A stretch of DNA of 62,904 nt, counting the filler, from Octopus bimaculoides (taxonomy: Eukaryota), in the NCBI RefSeq assembly GCF_001194135.2. It is 7 parts of 6 records of this genome, joined end to end, with 100 filler letters (N's around TTAATTAATTAA, not from the genome) between each part and the next. Parts side by side here need not be neighbours in the genome. Positions count along the whole stretch, not along the records: positions 1 to 15,046 come from NC_068991.1; positions 15,147 to 30,835 come from NC_068990.1; 5 more parts are not named here. One strand, given 5' to 3'. Within the stretch, counting starts at the first letter, position 1; every line of letters starts with the position of its first letter. This document shows, in pieces, positions 12,420 to 24,935 of this stretch. Below the pieces are notes generated by a model. That model had not been told where the DNA came from. It saw only the letters and a list, made by a program, of their open reading frames with translations, and made no database searches. A program made the translations under genes and the position numbers.

Positions 12420-13197
12420 NNNNNNNNNNNNNNNNNNNNNNNNNNNNNNNNNNNNNNNNNNNNNNNNNNNNNNNNNNNNNNNNNNNNNNNNNNNNNNNNN
12501 NNNNNNNNNNNNNNNNNNNNNNNNNNNNNNNNNNNNNNNNNNNNNNNNNNNNNNNNNNNTATATAATATATAGTTTTAGGGAAGATAACCAAGTTTCAAG
12601 AACTCATCGATGAAAATCCACTATCACATATAGAAAAATTAATAATAAATGAGTATAATAAATGAGTATAATATAAAGTAAAGTAAATATCATAAGATAT
12701 ATATATATATATATATACAAAATTCAAAAAAGTTATCATTATCTTTAAAAAAATGATAATAAAGCAGCCAACAAACATAATTCAAATATGCAAAATATAT
12801 ATTAAAAGTCAGGGTACAATATGCACCTGTTTGCTCGAAATAGTTAAAACTCTCCAAAACCATGTATCTCTCACTATATGTAAACACTCAAGGAGACAGT
12901 AGCAAATACAATTAGAGAAAAAGTCGTTCCAATTTCTAAAACTACAAATAGAAGGGTAGATATCCCAATATCAGTTGAATTTTGTTTTCTGTGCCGAATT
13001 GACACTTAAGGCTCATCAGCTAGGCTTACTGCGTGAACTATTTTAAAAAATGTACTACATTCTCCCTGCGTGTTTACATATAGTGAAAGACATGTGGTTT
13101 TAGTGAGTTTTAACTCTTCTTTCGAGCAAACAGGTACATATTATACCGTCTTTTAATGCATACACGCACACACGCGCACAACACACACACAGAGATA

Positions 13198-13251
<54 letters not shown>

Positions 13252-13749
13252 NNNNNNNNNNNNNNNNNNNNNNNNNNNNNNNNNNNNNNNNNNNNNNNNN
13301 NNNNNNNNNNNNNNNNNNNNNNNNNNNNNNNNNNNNNNNNNNNNNNNNNNNNNNNNNNNNNNNNNNNNNNNNNNNNNNNNNNNNNNNNNNNNNNNNNNNN
13401 NNNNNNNNNNNNNNNNNNNNNNNNNNNNNNNNNNNNNNNNNNNNNNNNNNNNNNNNNNNNNNNNNNNNNNNNNNNNNNNNNNNNNNNNNNNNNNNNNNNN
13501 NNNNNNNNNNNNNNNNNNNNNNNNNNNNNNNNNNNNNNNNNNNNNNNNNNNNNNNNNNNNNNNNNNNNNNNNNNNNNNNNNNNNNNNNNNNNNNNNNNNN
13601 NNNNNNNNNNNNNNNNNNNNNNNNNNNNNNNNNNNNNNNNNNNNNNNNNNNNNNNNNNNNNNNNNNNNNNNNNNNNNNNNNNNNNNNNNNNNNNNNNNNN
13701 NNNNNNNNNNNNNNNNNNNNNNNNNNNNNNNNNNNNNNNNNNNNNNNNA

Positions 13750-14322
13750 CTGCACCCTACACATAATAATTAAGGGAGTTGCAATATGGGGGGGGAGGGT
13801 TATGTGGGCAGATGTTAAGGGTGATGTGGTCTAAGAAATTGTCTGACAGCCATGTCTGGGTTCTCTTGTAGTGTGGCATGGTGCAGAGTCATGTTACCAG
13901 ACATTCGGTCTTCCAACAACCACCTTCTTCACCCAGGGCAGCACTAACTCCTCCAGGCACTTGATGCAGGTCTCCGTGTTGAGGCTGAGGCCGTGTGAGA
14001 AAATGAATGGAGGCATAACGTCGCCATCACTAGTGATCACTCCAAACACCATGATGCTCACTGGATGTTTGATTTTTATCACTCTTGGTACATTTCTTCA
14101 GATTGACACCCAACACACTGAAATGTTCGTATTGGAGCTTCCAGCACAAATGCCAAACAGTACAGCATGTCGTTTCCAAATCTCTGGAAGAGTGAATTGC
14201 GTTAAGGTGTTGTTTTTCTCACAGTTGGTGCCCAATTGACCCTGCTATACTGTGTAGTCGTTAGAATAAAAAAACAAACAATGCACATGAGCGAAATCAA
14301 AAATATGAAACGGCGATAATTA
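13750..14322 (-). mobile_element. Internally deleted Tc1/mariner-superfamily transposon (maT/DD37D-like)
   Basis: N-terminal PEIWKRHAVLFGICAGSSN is fused to KHPVSIMVFGVITSDGDVMPPFIF..EELVLPW..VW*HDSAPCH..WLSDNF; stops and frameshifts present. The maT subfamily label is inference. Confidence 0.8.
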
Positions 14323-14325
14323 TAT

Positions 14326-15022
14326 ATCAGGCTGGTGCAAAAGTAATGTCCGATTTCCAGAAAAATTTTTTAGAGCGAATCTATCGATTTATAGTTTTAT
14401 GATATCTCTGTGTCTAATTTGTACTATTTTTTTTCAGATTATCTAACTTCTGGCTATAATTCTCAGAAAATTTTACCACCATGTTTGTCCCATCTAAAGA
14501 TCACATAAGAAATGTTTTACTCTACGAGTTTCATAAAGGTGTTAATGCAAGTGCAGCAGCAAGATCTATTCAGAGCACTTATGGGGGTGATGTAGTGAAT
14601 GAAAGAAGTTGCAACAGGTGGTTTTCCCGTTTCTGAAGTGGTGATTTCACTTTGAAAGAACAGCCAAAAGAGAGTCGTCTAAAAAAACTTGATTCCAAAA
14701 TGTTGGAAGTTCTTGTTTCAGAGAACCCTACCGTTACCACTAGGGAACTTGCAGAACAGTTAAACGTGGCCCATACGACTCTGGTATGCCAGCTAAAACA
14801 CATTGGAAAGGTTTCAGTGGCTGGAAAATGGGTCCATCATAGGCTGTCTCCAGAAAATCGATAACAGCATGCTGCTTGTTGTCAATCATTACTTTCGCGA
14901 CAATTTCAAGCAACATTTTTAGACAGGCTGGTTACAGGTGATGAGAAGTGGATTCTTTACCATAATGTTAAACGCCGCTGTCCCTGGATCAGTCGAGGAG
15001 GACGGCCAGTTCAACAACAGAG
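14326..15022 (+). mobile_element. mariner (DD34D) transposon 5' half, pseudogenised
   Basis: TIR atcaggctggtgcaaaagtaat resembles Hsmar1-type ends. ATG 14481: HIRNVLLYEFHKG..RWFSRF*SGDF..RELAEQL..GKWVHH..FLDRLVTGDEKWILY, with two in-frame stops; cut by a linker. Confidence 0.9.
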
Positions 15023-15046
15023 CGTGCGTGCGTGTGTGTGTGTGTG

Positions 15047-15146
15047 NNNNNNNNNNNNNNNNNNNNNNNNNNNNNNNNNNNNNNNNNNNNTTAATTAATT
15101 AANNNNNNNNNNNNNNNNNNNNNNNNNNNNNNNNNNNNNNNNNNNN
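15047..15146. other. Artificial join: 44N-TTAATTAATTAA-44N
   Basis: 12-mer at 15091-15102 has stops in all six frames; total exactly 100 nt. Confidence 0.95.
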
Positions 15147-15179
15147 TATATATATATATATATATATATATGCACATTA

Positions 15180-15830
15180 CCAGGATGGCAGCAAAGTACA
15201 GACAACTAGCAGGATGGATACTAAGGTCCCTCAAGTCAAGAGACCAAGAAGTTATGTTGACCCTGTGGAAAACCTTTGTTCTCAGCCACCTTCTCTCAAT
15301 TATGGTCACCACGTAGTGCCAAACTAAAAGCAGAGCTTGAAGTGTTCCCACATCACTAGGCTACAATGATTGTAACAGTACAGCAGATGAGCTACAGGGA
15401 GAGGTTGGAAAAACTACATTACTCCTTGGAGTGAAGGCAGGACAGATATGTAATAATTTACATATGGAAAATGTTGAAAGGCCTGGTGCCTAATTTTGGT
15501 ATTGAGTGTTATACAAATGCCAGAACTGGTTACCTTTGTATTGTATCAAAGATATCCTCTATGCCATCAAAATTCAGGACCAGATACTACAATAGCTTAG
15601 GGTTCAAAGGCCCATAGCTTTTCAATGCCCTGCCACAAAAATTAATGTGAATGTAGATATCTTCAAAAAGGAGCTAGACATTCTCCTCTCTACGATACCA
15701 AATGAACTGATGTCCCAGCATGATGTACAGACAAAGACAGCAGACACAAACTCCCTCATACACTAAATGGGCCAACAACCAGGACAAACGCACATACAGG
15801 AGTGGTGATGTGAAACCCCACCACCCTGAA
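15180..15830 (+). mobile_element. CR1/L2-type LINE, 3' RT/thumb remnant
   Basis: Translates AGWILRSLKSRDQEVMLTLWKTFVLSHL..SQLWSP..SYRERLEKL..IYIWKMLKGLVPN..LFNALP..FKKELD with stops and frameshifts. Confidence 0.75.
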
Positions 15831-15940
15831 GTAATCAGCTGAAGTAGAATTATAAGTCACAGTGCAAAACCACAGTCGTGCTCCAGTATGACAGCAGCCA
15901 TATGACTGAAACTAATAAAAGAATAAAAGAAAAGAACATA

Positions 15941-15981
<41 letters not shown>

Positions 15982-16226
15982 NNNNNNNNNNNNNNNNNNN
16001 NNNNNNNNNNNNNNNNNNNNNNNNNNNNNNNNNNNNNNNNNNNNNNNNNNNNNNNNNNNNNNNNNNNNNNNNNNNNNNNNNNNNNNNNNNNNNNNNNNNN
16101 NNNNNNNNNNNNNNNNNNNNNNNNNNNNNNNNNNNNNNNNNNNNNNNNNNNNNNNNNNNNNNNNNNNNNNNNNNNNNNNNNNNNNNNNNNNNNNNNNNNN
16201 NNNNNNNNNNNNNNNNNNNNNNNNNN

Positions 16227-16375
16227 TCCCTGTTTTTTTCTGTGTTCCTTTCTGTGGAAGAGCGTAGGCTCGAAACATTAAAGACTTTTTCACTTCCCAA
16301 GCGTTAAACTAATACATCTGTTTGTTGTCTACACCACCTTTCTTCGTCTTTTGTTTTTTTGTGAATTCTCCCTAT
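16227..16375 (+). mobile_element. Short Penelope-type repeat with a mutated minimal hammerhead fold (16248-16283)
   Basis: cttt-CTGTGGA-A-GAGC-gtag-GCTC-GAAA-CAT-T-aaag: stems I and II intact, core A6 and stem III mutated. Confidence 0.55.
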
Positions 16376-16410
16376 ATATATATTTATATATATATGCTTA
16401 TGTGTGTATA

Positions 16411-16447
<37 letters not shown>

Positions 16448-16984
16448 ATAAATGACAGAGAAATAGTTTGATGAAATTTTATTTAACAGTAACAAAATTC
16501 TAATATCATGACAAATTGTTTTGTAACTTAAAAACATGTAAATAACTTATATTATTTCATTTAATGATAAATAAATTACTTACATATCTGTATAAATGCA
16601 AAATGCAAAAACAACCTTCAAAATAATACAGAATTTAAGCTAAGTGTGTGTGTTTAATATACATGTAATATAAATAAGAAGGCAAAGAATGAATTTAGCC
16701 CAACTCTAATATTTATTACACTTGTTCCTGTCCCATTCCATTACTAGAAACATTGCATGTAAATGATTCAGTGTGAAAAATGGTGCTGTATTTGTCATAG
16801 AATATATTGGAGTGGTGCAGTCATCCAAAGAAATACCTCTTTGCATTGTCTCCTTCTTGCTTTTCAGGATCAATGAAAAAAGTACCAGTTATATATTGGG
16901 TTGATTTAAACTACTAACCTCCCCTGCAAAAGAAGATTCTTGTACTTGTGCTTGCTTATGTTACAGCTGGGTATTACTATTATC

Positions 16985-17560
16985 ATCATCATATCATCAT
17001 CATTTAACGCCTGTTTCCCATCCTGACGTGGGTTGGATGGTTTGACAGGAGCTGGCATTCCGACATTCTGGAGGGCTGCACCACGCTCCAGTTGTCTGTT
17101 TTGGCATGGTTTCTATGGCTGCATGCCCTTCCTAATGCCAACCACTTTACAGAGTATACTTGGTATGTTTTATGTGGCACCAGCATGGGTGCTTTTTAAA
17201 TGGTGCCAGTACAAGTATTTTTGATGTGGAACCAGCACAGGTGTCTTCTAAGTGGGACCAGCATAGGTGACTTTTATGTGGCACCAGCATGGGCACACCT
17301 TACTTAGCACCAGCATGAGTGCTTTTTATATGGCACTAGCATGGTTACTTTTTATGTAGTGCCAGCACAAGTGTTTTTTTGAGGAACCAGCATGGGTGAT
17401 CTTCATGTGGTACCAGCACAGGTGATTTTCATGTGGCACTAGCATAGGTGATATTTACATGGCACCAGTATGTTTGCTCCTTACATGGCACCAACATGAA
17501 TGCTTTTTATGTGACACTAGAATGGATGCTTTTTATGAGGTACCAGCATCTGCAAGATCA
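16985..17560 (-). mobile_element. RTE-type 3' tail element containing a 26-bp tandem array
   Basis: Ends in ccaacccacgtcaggatgggaaacaggcgttaaatgatgatg (minus); ~15 copies of tttttatgtggcaccagcatgggtgc at 17163-17550. Confidence 0.75.
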
Positions 17561-17850
17561 CCAGGTAGCTCGCAAGACAAGGACCTCTCAGCTGAGAGTA
17601 GAAGGGGAACTGAGAGAAGTGGCCATGTGCCAGGCGAGAGGTAGGAGTTCGATGGAGAGACAGGAATAAACCATCTTACTACAGAAAAGATACTTGGCTA
17701 CTCCAGTAAGACAAGGAAGGAGAAGAAAGGTGGGAGAGAATTAAAGAGAAAAATGGAGACAAGTCAGTGTGCGAGAGAGACAGTCTACCCACATTATTAT
17801 GTTATCAGAAATCATTATACAAGTACCACAATAATTTTCAAATTAATGAT

Positions 17851-18220
17851 AGCAAGAGGACTTAGAGAGCGCAAGCCTCTGTCAAAGCAACACCAACATC
17901 CTCTCAATGATTAGCCAGAGATGATTTTTAAAATGAGAATATCTGAAATAAACTCAACTGCTCTCACAAATGAGAATACTAAAAATGAACCCGGCCGCTC
18001 TCAAAAATTAAGTAAAAATACCAGAAAAATAGTCCGGAATGCTTATCCAGTACCAGATCAATCTCAAAATCTAATCAGTTTGTGCCAGTCATAAGGCCAA
18101 ACGTCCCTGAAAGTTTCATCCGAATCCATTTACTGGTTCTTGAGATAGCTTGTCCACAGACAAACGAACAAACAAATGCGAATGAAAACAATACCTTCAC
18201 CTTCGCTAAGGCAGAGGTAA
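17851..18220 (-). mobile_element. Non-autonomous Helitron/Helentron-like (HINE-type) element
   Basis: Imperfect subterminal inverted repeats cctctgtcaaag (17876-17887) and ctaaggcagagg (18206-18217), internal acagacaaac microsatellite, aaagtttcatccgaatcc block. Class assignment is inference. Confidence 0.5.
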
Positions 18221-18339
18221 TGAAGATTGTAGAATTTAAAGTCAGAAAATCTCAGGAAAAAACAGAAAATAAGCAATTATAGGAAAATGCTTTTAAATAT
18301 CGCATAAATTAGAAGCTTATAACGAATTTATCAGATATT

Positions 18340-19110
18340 GTATATGTGCAAATATGTGTGTGTGTTTGTGTAGCATGGGTAGTGTGGGGGTGCATGTGTA
18401 TGCATGTATGTGAGTGTGAGTGAGGTGCATATGCATGTACATGCATGTATATGTAGGTGCATGCATGTCTGTGAATGTATGTGTGTATATATGTGCATGC
18501 ATGTGTGTATGAGTATGTGTGTGTATATTTGTATGTGACTGTGTGTGTGTGTGCATGTGTATATATGTGTATGCGTGTGCATGTATGCATATGCATGTGC
18601 ATGTGCATGTATGCATATGCATGTGTATGAGTGTGTGTGTATGCATGCTCATGCATATATATGTATGCATATGTGCAAGTGTGTGTATGTGCATGCATGT
18701 ATGTCAGTGTGTGCATGCATGTGTGCATACATGTATATGGAGATGTGAATATATGTATGCATGTATGTGAGTATGTATTTGTGTGTGTATGCAGGCACAT
18801 GCATATGTATATATGCAGATGTGCACGTGTGTGTATGTGCATGCATGTATGTCAGTGTGTGNNNNNNNNNNGTATGCATATGCATGTGTATGAGTGTGTG
18901 TGTATGCATGCTCATGCATATGTATGTATGCAGATGTGCACGTGTGTGTATGTGCATGCATGTATGTCAGTGTGTGTCTGTGTGTGTGCACTTACATTTG
19001 TGTGTATGTGTGTGCCTGTGCATGCATTTGTGTATACATGTGTGTCTTAGTGTGTGTGGAAGTGTATGCATGCATGTGTGTGTGAGTGTGCATGTGCATG
19101 TGTGTGCGCT
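18340..19110. repeat. Cryptic TG/CATG/TA low-complexity tract
   Basis: Mosaic of gtgt, atgc and atat; source of the His/Cys/Met-rich ORFs. Confidence 0.9.
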
Positions 19111-19738
19111 CATATTATGCGACCATTCTCTGCCATAGAAATTCCTGACATTTAGATTCCTGACTTTCTTAAGAACACAGAAAGCAAAAGCCTAGCTGCA
19201 TCAGAGGTACCTAACTGTAATTCTAGGACACTTATATCTCCTCACAGTCTTTCTGAGACAAACCACCTCCACTCTATGCTAGCTCAGCTCAAACACAGAC
19301 ATGATGATGGAATAAGTNNNNNNNNNNNNNNNNNNNNNNNNNNNNNNNNNNNNNNNNNNNNNNNNNNNNNNNNNNNNNNNNNNNNNNNNNNNNNNNNNNN
19401 NNNNNNNNNNNNNNNNNNNNNNNNNNNNNNNNNNNNNNNNNNNNNNNNNNNNNNNNNNNNNNNNNNNNNNNNNNNNNNNNNNNNNNNNNNNNNNNNNNNN
19501 NNNNNNNNNNNNNNNNNNNNNNNNNNNNNNNNNNNNNNNNNNNNNNNNNNNNNNNNNNNNNNNNNNNNNNNNNNNNNNNNNNNNNNNNNNNNNNNNNNNN
19601 NNNNNNNNNNNNNNNNNNNNNNNNNNNNNNNNNNNNNNNNNNNNNNNNNNNNNNNNNNNNNNNNNNNNNNNNNNNNNNNNNNNNNNNNNNNNNNNNNNNN
19701 NNNNNNNNNNNNNNNNNNNNNNNNNNNNNNNNNNNNNN

Positions 19739-20071
19739 GGATGGAGTTGGTGATGGTGATGGTAGAGTTGATGGTGATTGTGGTGTTGGCCGTGGTGTTG
19801 GTGGTTGTGATGGTGGTGATGGTGGTAGATGGTAGTGGCTGCAGCTATAGAAGTAGTAGTTGTCACACTGATAATGGTGATGATTATGATGATGATGGCG
19901 ACGACGACAGCGATGATGGTGGCGGTGGCGGTGGCGGTGGCGGCAGTGGTGGTGGTGGTGGTGAAGATGATGATGATGTCAATGATGTTGAGGATGGTGG
20001 TGATGATGATTATGATGATGACGATGACAATGATGATGACAATGTTGATGGTGATGGTAGTGGTGGTGGTA

Positions 20072-20105
<34 letters not shown>

Positions 20106-20643
20106 CGATGGTGACGATGATGACGATGATGATGACAATGATGATGATGATGTCGATGATGATGATGAGGATAGTGATGATGACTGTGAAGATGATGATG
20201 ATGATGATGATGATGACGGTGATGATGATGATGATGGTAGTGGTGATGATGATGATGGCGATGATGAGGAGGCAGGGAAGAAGGAGAAGGACAATGATGA
20301 CAGTGATGATGATGATGATGATGATGATGATGACGACGGTGCTGCTAACATTGATGTTGATGATAATAACAAAGCTATATCAAAATAAATCAGGTGCCTT
20401 CAATAATATTTGTGGAATGTGTTGCAATTACAAAAAATTGGATTATATTTTTTTCTTCTTTTATTAGACTAAGTTGCATTTCATGCGTTTTCTATTTTGT
20501 TTTTTGTTTTTTGTTTAAATTTTTGTTTGAGTTTTTTTTATGTAGACTGAAATCTTTGAATATATTAAGATGTTTCTGATATCAACCCACCACCACCACC
20601 ATCAACAATCATTATCATCATCATCAACAACAACAGCAACAAC

Positions 20644-20705
<62 letters not shown>

Positions 20706-20885
20706 CAACAACAATAATAATAGTAATGTAATGATGATGATGATGGTGATCAGAAGAAGAATCATTGTTATTATCATCATTATCATCATCATCATCATCA
20801 TCACCATCACCATCACTGCTACCACTGCTGCCGCTACCATCTCTTCACTCCCTACTATCACCACCATCACCATCATCATCATTAT

Positions 20886-20917
<32 letters not shown>

Positions 20918-20960
20918 GCAGAAGTAGCATCTTCATCAACATCATCATAACCAACTTCAC
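19739..20960. repeat. Trinucleotide low-complexity blocks: (GAT/GGT)n, then (AAT)n/(ATC)n/(AGC)n
   Basis: Read directly; poly-D/M/S/I ORFs are translations of these repeats. Confidence 0.9.
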
Positions 20961-21969
20961 CACCAGCATCTTTCCATGTTGATGTAGATTCAATAGGTTT
21001 GTTGTATAATCTAATATCAACACACTTATAGTAAGATTCACTTTCACAGCATCTTCTTTGTCATTCATACGGCTTGGGTACCTTTCACTCAGGCGATATC
21101 ATCTATCTATTTCACATTCCCAAATTTATGTTATATATCAGCGCAATTCTCTTTCAGACCAAACACATCATCTGATTTCTTAAATGCTCACCTATTTTAT
21201 TCTCTGCTCCACACATTATCCCCATCACACATACATTCAGCATATAAATGAATAAACATATTATATTTTCATGTGTTAATAAATGTTCTGTAAGAAGAAT
21301 ATGGCCAAAATTTCATTAAATCAGATGTTGTGTTGTACACTTAGTCTGGTTGCAGAAGTATTTCACCATTAAAAATAAAGGAATCAAGTTAAAGAAGCAG
21401 AGCATGTGATGTGCGAGTGAAAGATCATGAGATTGATTGATTGATTGATGCTAGAAACTTTATTCTTTAACAGAATTGATATAACTGAGGTCACATGCGA
21501 TCTTATTAAGGTGTAAACAACTTCTGGAAATTTGATGAGAATTCTAACAAGAATCAAAACAGTCACTGCACTATTGCTAATCACATGTTCTCTTTATATA
21601 ACTTGGGAGTTTAACAGGGAAAATTAGTATGCTTATGTAAAGAGACAGATTTTTATATCTATATATGTATGGTTATTTATATATGTTTATATGTATGCAT
21701 GTATAAAGGTTTCTATGTATGTCTGCCTCTCTGCTTGTCTGATGTATGTATTTATGAAGGAAGGGAGAGAAGAGGAACAAAAGAGATCCTTCAGTTTGGA
21801 ATTTGTATTGGTGGAATAGGATATTGCCTCCAAGCGGTCTTCTGAGAACAATGAAATGAAAAGAAATAAGAGCCTCTCATTTGTAAGAGCCAGACTTCAG
21901 TTTGTGCGTATAAAGGTTAACCTACTTGAAAACGTAATAATATATGGTACATCTTCAAAACACACGCAC

Positions 21970-22000
<31 letters not shown>

Positions 22001-22059
22001 TACACATTTATATATCCATAACATTCGTGTGTGTATGTGTATATATATATTCTGTTATA

Positions 22060-22420
22060 CTTTTATTCTTTTAGTCGTTTCAGTCATTTGACTGCAGCCA
22101 TGCTGGAGCATCACCTTTAGTCGAACAAATCAACCCCACGATTTATTCTTTGTAAGCCTAGTACTTATTATATCGGTCTCTTTTACTGAACAGCTAGATT
22201 AGGGGAGTGTAAACACACCAACATCAGTTGTCAAGCGATAGTGGTGGGGACAAACACAGATACACAAATATATACATGTAAGAGGATGGATTATGATGGC
22301 ACTGGAAGGGTGGAGATAGGTGTCGGGGACCCATAGGAGGAAGGGCAGAAAAATAACTGCGTAGTCGAGCGACATAAGACTTTGGATTGAGAGAGTGTGG
22401 TTACATACATACATATATAC

Positions 22421-22501
<81 letters not shown>

Positions 22502-22642
22502 ACGGGCTTTTTTTCAGATTCCATCTTCCAAATCCACTCGCAAGGCTTTGATCGGCCCAAAGCTATAGCAGAAGACACTTGCCCAAGGTACCATGCAGTG
22601 GGACTGAACCCGGAACCATGTGATTTGGAAGCACCTGTGCCT
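22060..22642 (-). mobile_element. SINE family B with internal (TA)n and a ~125-bp unrelated insert
   Basis: Tail 22060-22270 and head 22495-22642 (gggactgaacccggaaccatgtg) match family B. Confidence 0.75.
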
Positions 22643-22819
22643 ACATATATATATGCAGTATATTCTTTTATTCTTTTACTTGTTTGAGTCATTTAACTGT
22701 AGCCATGCTGGAGCACTGCCTTGAATGGTTTTAGTCAAACAAATCAATCCCAAGACTTATTTCTTAAGTCTAATACTTATTGGGCTTCTTTCAGTTTCCA
22801 TCTCCCAAATCTACTCATG

Positions 22820-23100
22820 TAGCCAGCCCATTTATGCGTACCTTTCCTTCATTGGACACTAAACTCCGCTTGTGAAGACCTGTTGAGGCAAGTGAAATCG
22901 AAATCGAACTAAATTCAACGACTGGCACCCATGCCAACGTCGTCTCCTTCATTGAGCATGAAACTCGGTTTGCAAAGACCTGTTGGGGCAAGCGAAAGCG
23001 AAATCGTAATGGCACCTGTGCCCAGCGTTGCCTTCCTGGCACGTGTAAGACATTCGAGTGAGATTGTTGCCAGTGCCGCTGGACTGGCTCCTGTGCAGGT
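22820..23100 (+). mobile_element. RTE-type 3' UTR fragment with an internal direct repeat
   Basis: tccttcattg..aaactc..gaagacctgttg.ggcaag occurs twice; gagattgttgccagtgccgctggactggctc matches the 3' UTR at 56139-56290 (minus). Confidence 0.6.
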
Positions 23101-23169
23101 GGGTGTGTCTTTGTCATTAGGTCCTTGTCATTAGGTGCAAAGGACTGGGTATGCAAAGCTGCACCAGAA

Positions 23170-24525
23170 AATTAAGCAAATTGAAAACAGAAAACTTCTT
23201 TATGGTATCTTGGAATGTGAGAACTCTTCAGGACAGCTAGAATTATATAGAACGTTGGACCACTTTGGTTGTCTGTGTCTTAAAGGAAAAAAAACATCAG
23301 AATAGCAGTTCTTTCAGAAACAAGATTAGAGGACTGTGGTCAGTTACAGGAAGCTGATGGTGGATACACTTTTGTTTGGATGAGTAAGCCTCAGGAAGTA
23401 AAGAAAGAGGCAGGTGTTGGGTTTGCTATTCTGAATGACCTGGTGAAACAACTTGAATCTCTGCCTGTTAGCATTAATGAAAGGCTCATGTCATTGTGCA
23501 TCTGCATTGGCAAAAATAAATATGCAACCATTTTCAGCTGCTATGCTCCAGCCATGAACTCAAATGAAGTAGTCAAAGAGCAGTTCTACTCTGAGAGCTA
23601 CGTAACCAGTTGAGAGGTGTCTCCATTCATGATAGACTTCTCTCCCTTGGTGATTTCAATGCATGTGTTGGTTGTGGTACATCCATTTTGGGTGACATAA
23701 TAGGCAAGCATGGGGTTGACAAGGCAAACTCAAATGGCCATCTGCTGCTATCGCTTTGCAGTGAGTATGGAATTTTGATTACCAATACTATTTTCCAACT
23801 CCCCAACCACCACAAAACTACCTGGAAGCATCCCTGATCAAACCATTATCACCTCATTGATTACATGATTGTGAAGTCTTCCATGAGGGAAGATGTCCAA
23901 GTAACACATTCTTTCTCCATTGAGTTGTGCTGGTCTGACCATAGACTGATATGATCAAAGGTGAATTTCACTATCTGCAGTCCTATTTATATCAATCACA
24001 CTCAACCAAATCAAAAAGTGGATCTGAGAAACAATGACAATTTACTTCATTTCAAATAACCTGTGACAACAAACTTGCTAGCATCTGAAACAACACAGAT
24101 TTTGAATCAACAGGTTCTGCTATCACAAAGGCCTGTCCTTGAAGAACTGTCAGTCGCTCCATCAAATGCTGGAATAAAAAAGGCCATAAGACAGCTCATG
24201 AATGGAAAGTCATCTGGGAATGATGACATACCAGCCGAGATATATAAATGTGGTAGCAGTCTCCTGCTGAACAAGTTATGCAAACTCTTCTTAATCTGTG
24301 AATCAGGATCAGTTCCACAGGAGTTCAAAGATGCTTCTATTGTCCATCTTTATAAACACAAAGGTAACAAACATGAATCTGACAACCAAGGAGGTATCTC
24401 CCTTTTGTGTGTTGCTGGGAAGATCCTTGGAAGGGTTTATCTTCAAAAGATTAAATGAGGCCCTTTCCAGCTTAGTATTGCCTGAATCTCAGTGTGGATA
24501 TCAGCCAATAACTGACAAATATTAA
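23170..24525 (+). mobile_element. RTE-clade (BovB-like) LINE remnant: APE endonuclease plus start of RT
   Basis: SWNVRTL..LSETRL..GVGFAI..YAP..LGDFNA..HLIDYMIV..SDHRL (APE), then GKSSGNDDIPAEIYK..KDASIVHLYKHKG..ISLLCVAGKI..LPESQCGY (RT); multiple stops, frameshifts and an internal deletion. Confidence 0.9.
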
Positions 24526-24529
24526 ACAA

Positions 24530-24581
<52 letters not shown>

Positions 24582-24829
24582 NNNNNNNNNNNNNNNNNNN
24601 NNNNNNNNNNNNNNNNNNNNNNNNNNNNNNNNNNNNNNNNNNNNNNNNNNNNNNNNNNNNNNNNNNNNNNNNNNNNNNNNNNNNNNNNNNNNNGAGAGAG
24701 AGATAGAGGAGAGAGAGAGAGGAGAGAGAGAGAGGGGAGAGAGAGATAGAGGAGAGAGAGAGGGGGGAGAGAGAGAGAGAGGAGAGAGAAAGTGAAACAT
24801 TTGGTATCACTTGAAGAACATTTAATTTC

Positions 24830-24935
24830 ATTATCATCATCATCATCACTTAACGTCTGTTGTCCATGCTGGCATGGGTTAGATGGTCTGACCAGAGTTG
24901 GCAAGCTGGAGAGCTGCACCGGACTCCAGTTTGAT
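24830..24935 (-). mobile_element. RTE-type 3' tail fragment
   Basis: Reverse complement of ctaacccatgccagcatggacaacagacgttaagtgatgatg. Confidence 0.7.

Noticed and set aside
17163-17550. CRISPR-like array
   Set aside because: Units are contiguous and degenerate with no unique spacers; eukaryotic context, no cas genes. The same applies to 47256-47512 and 10331-10391.
19276-20467. 370-aa Asp-rich ORF (acidic biomineralisation-like protein)
   Set aside because: It is a (GAT)n translation plus a gap; overlapping frames on both strands are also open and there is no complex domain or clear gene structure.
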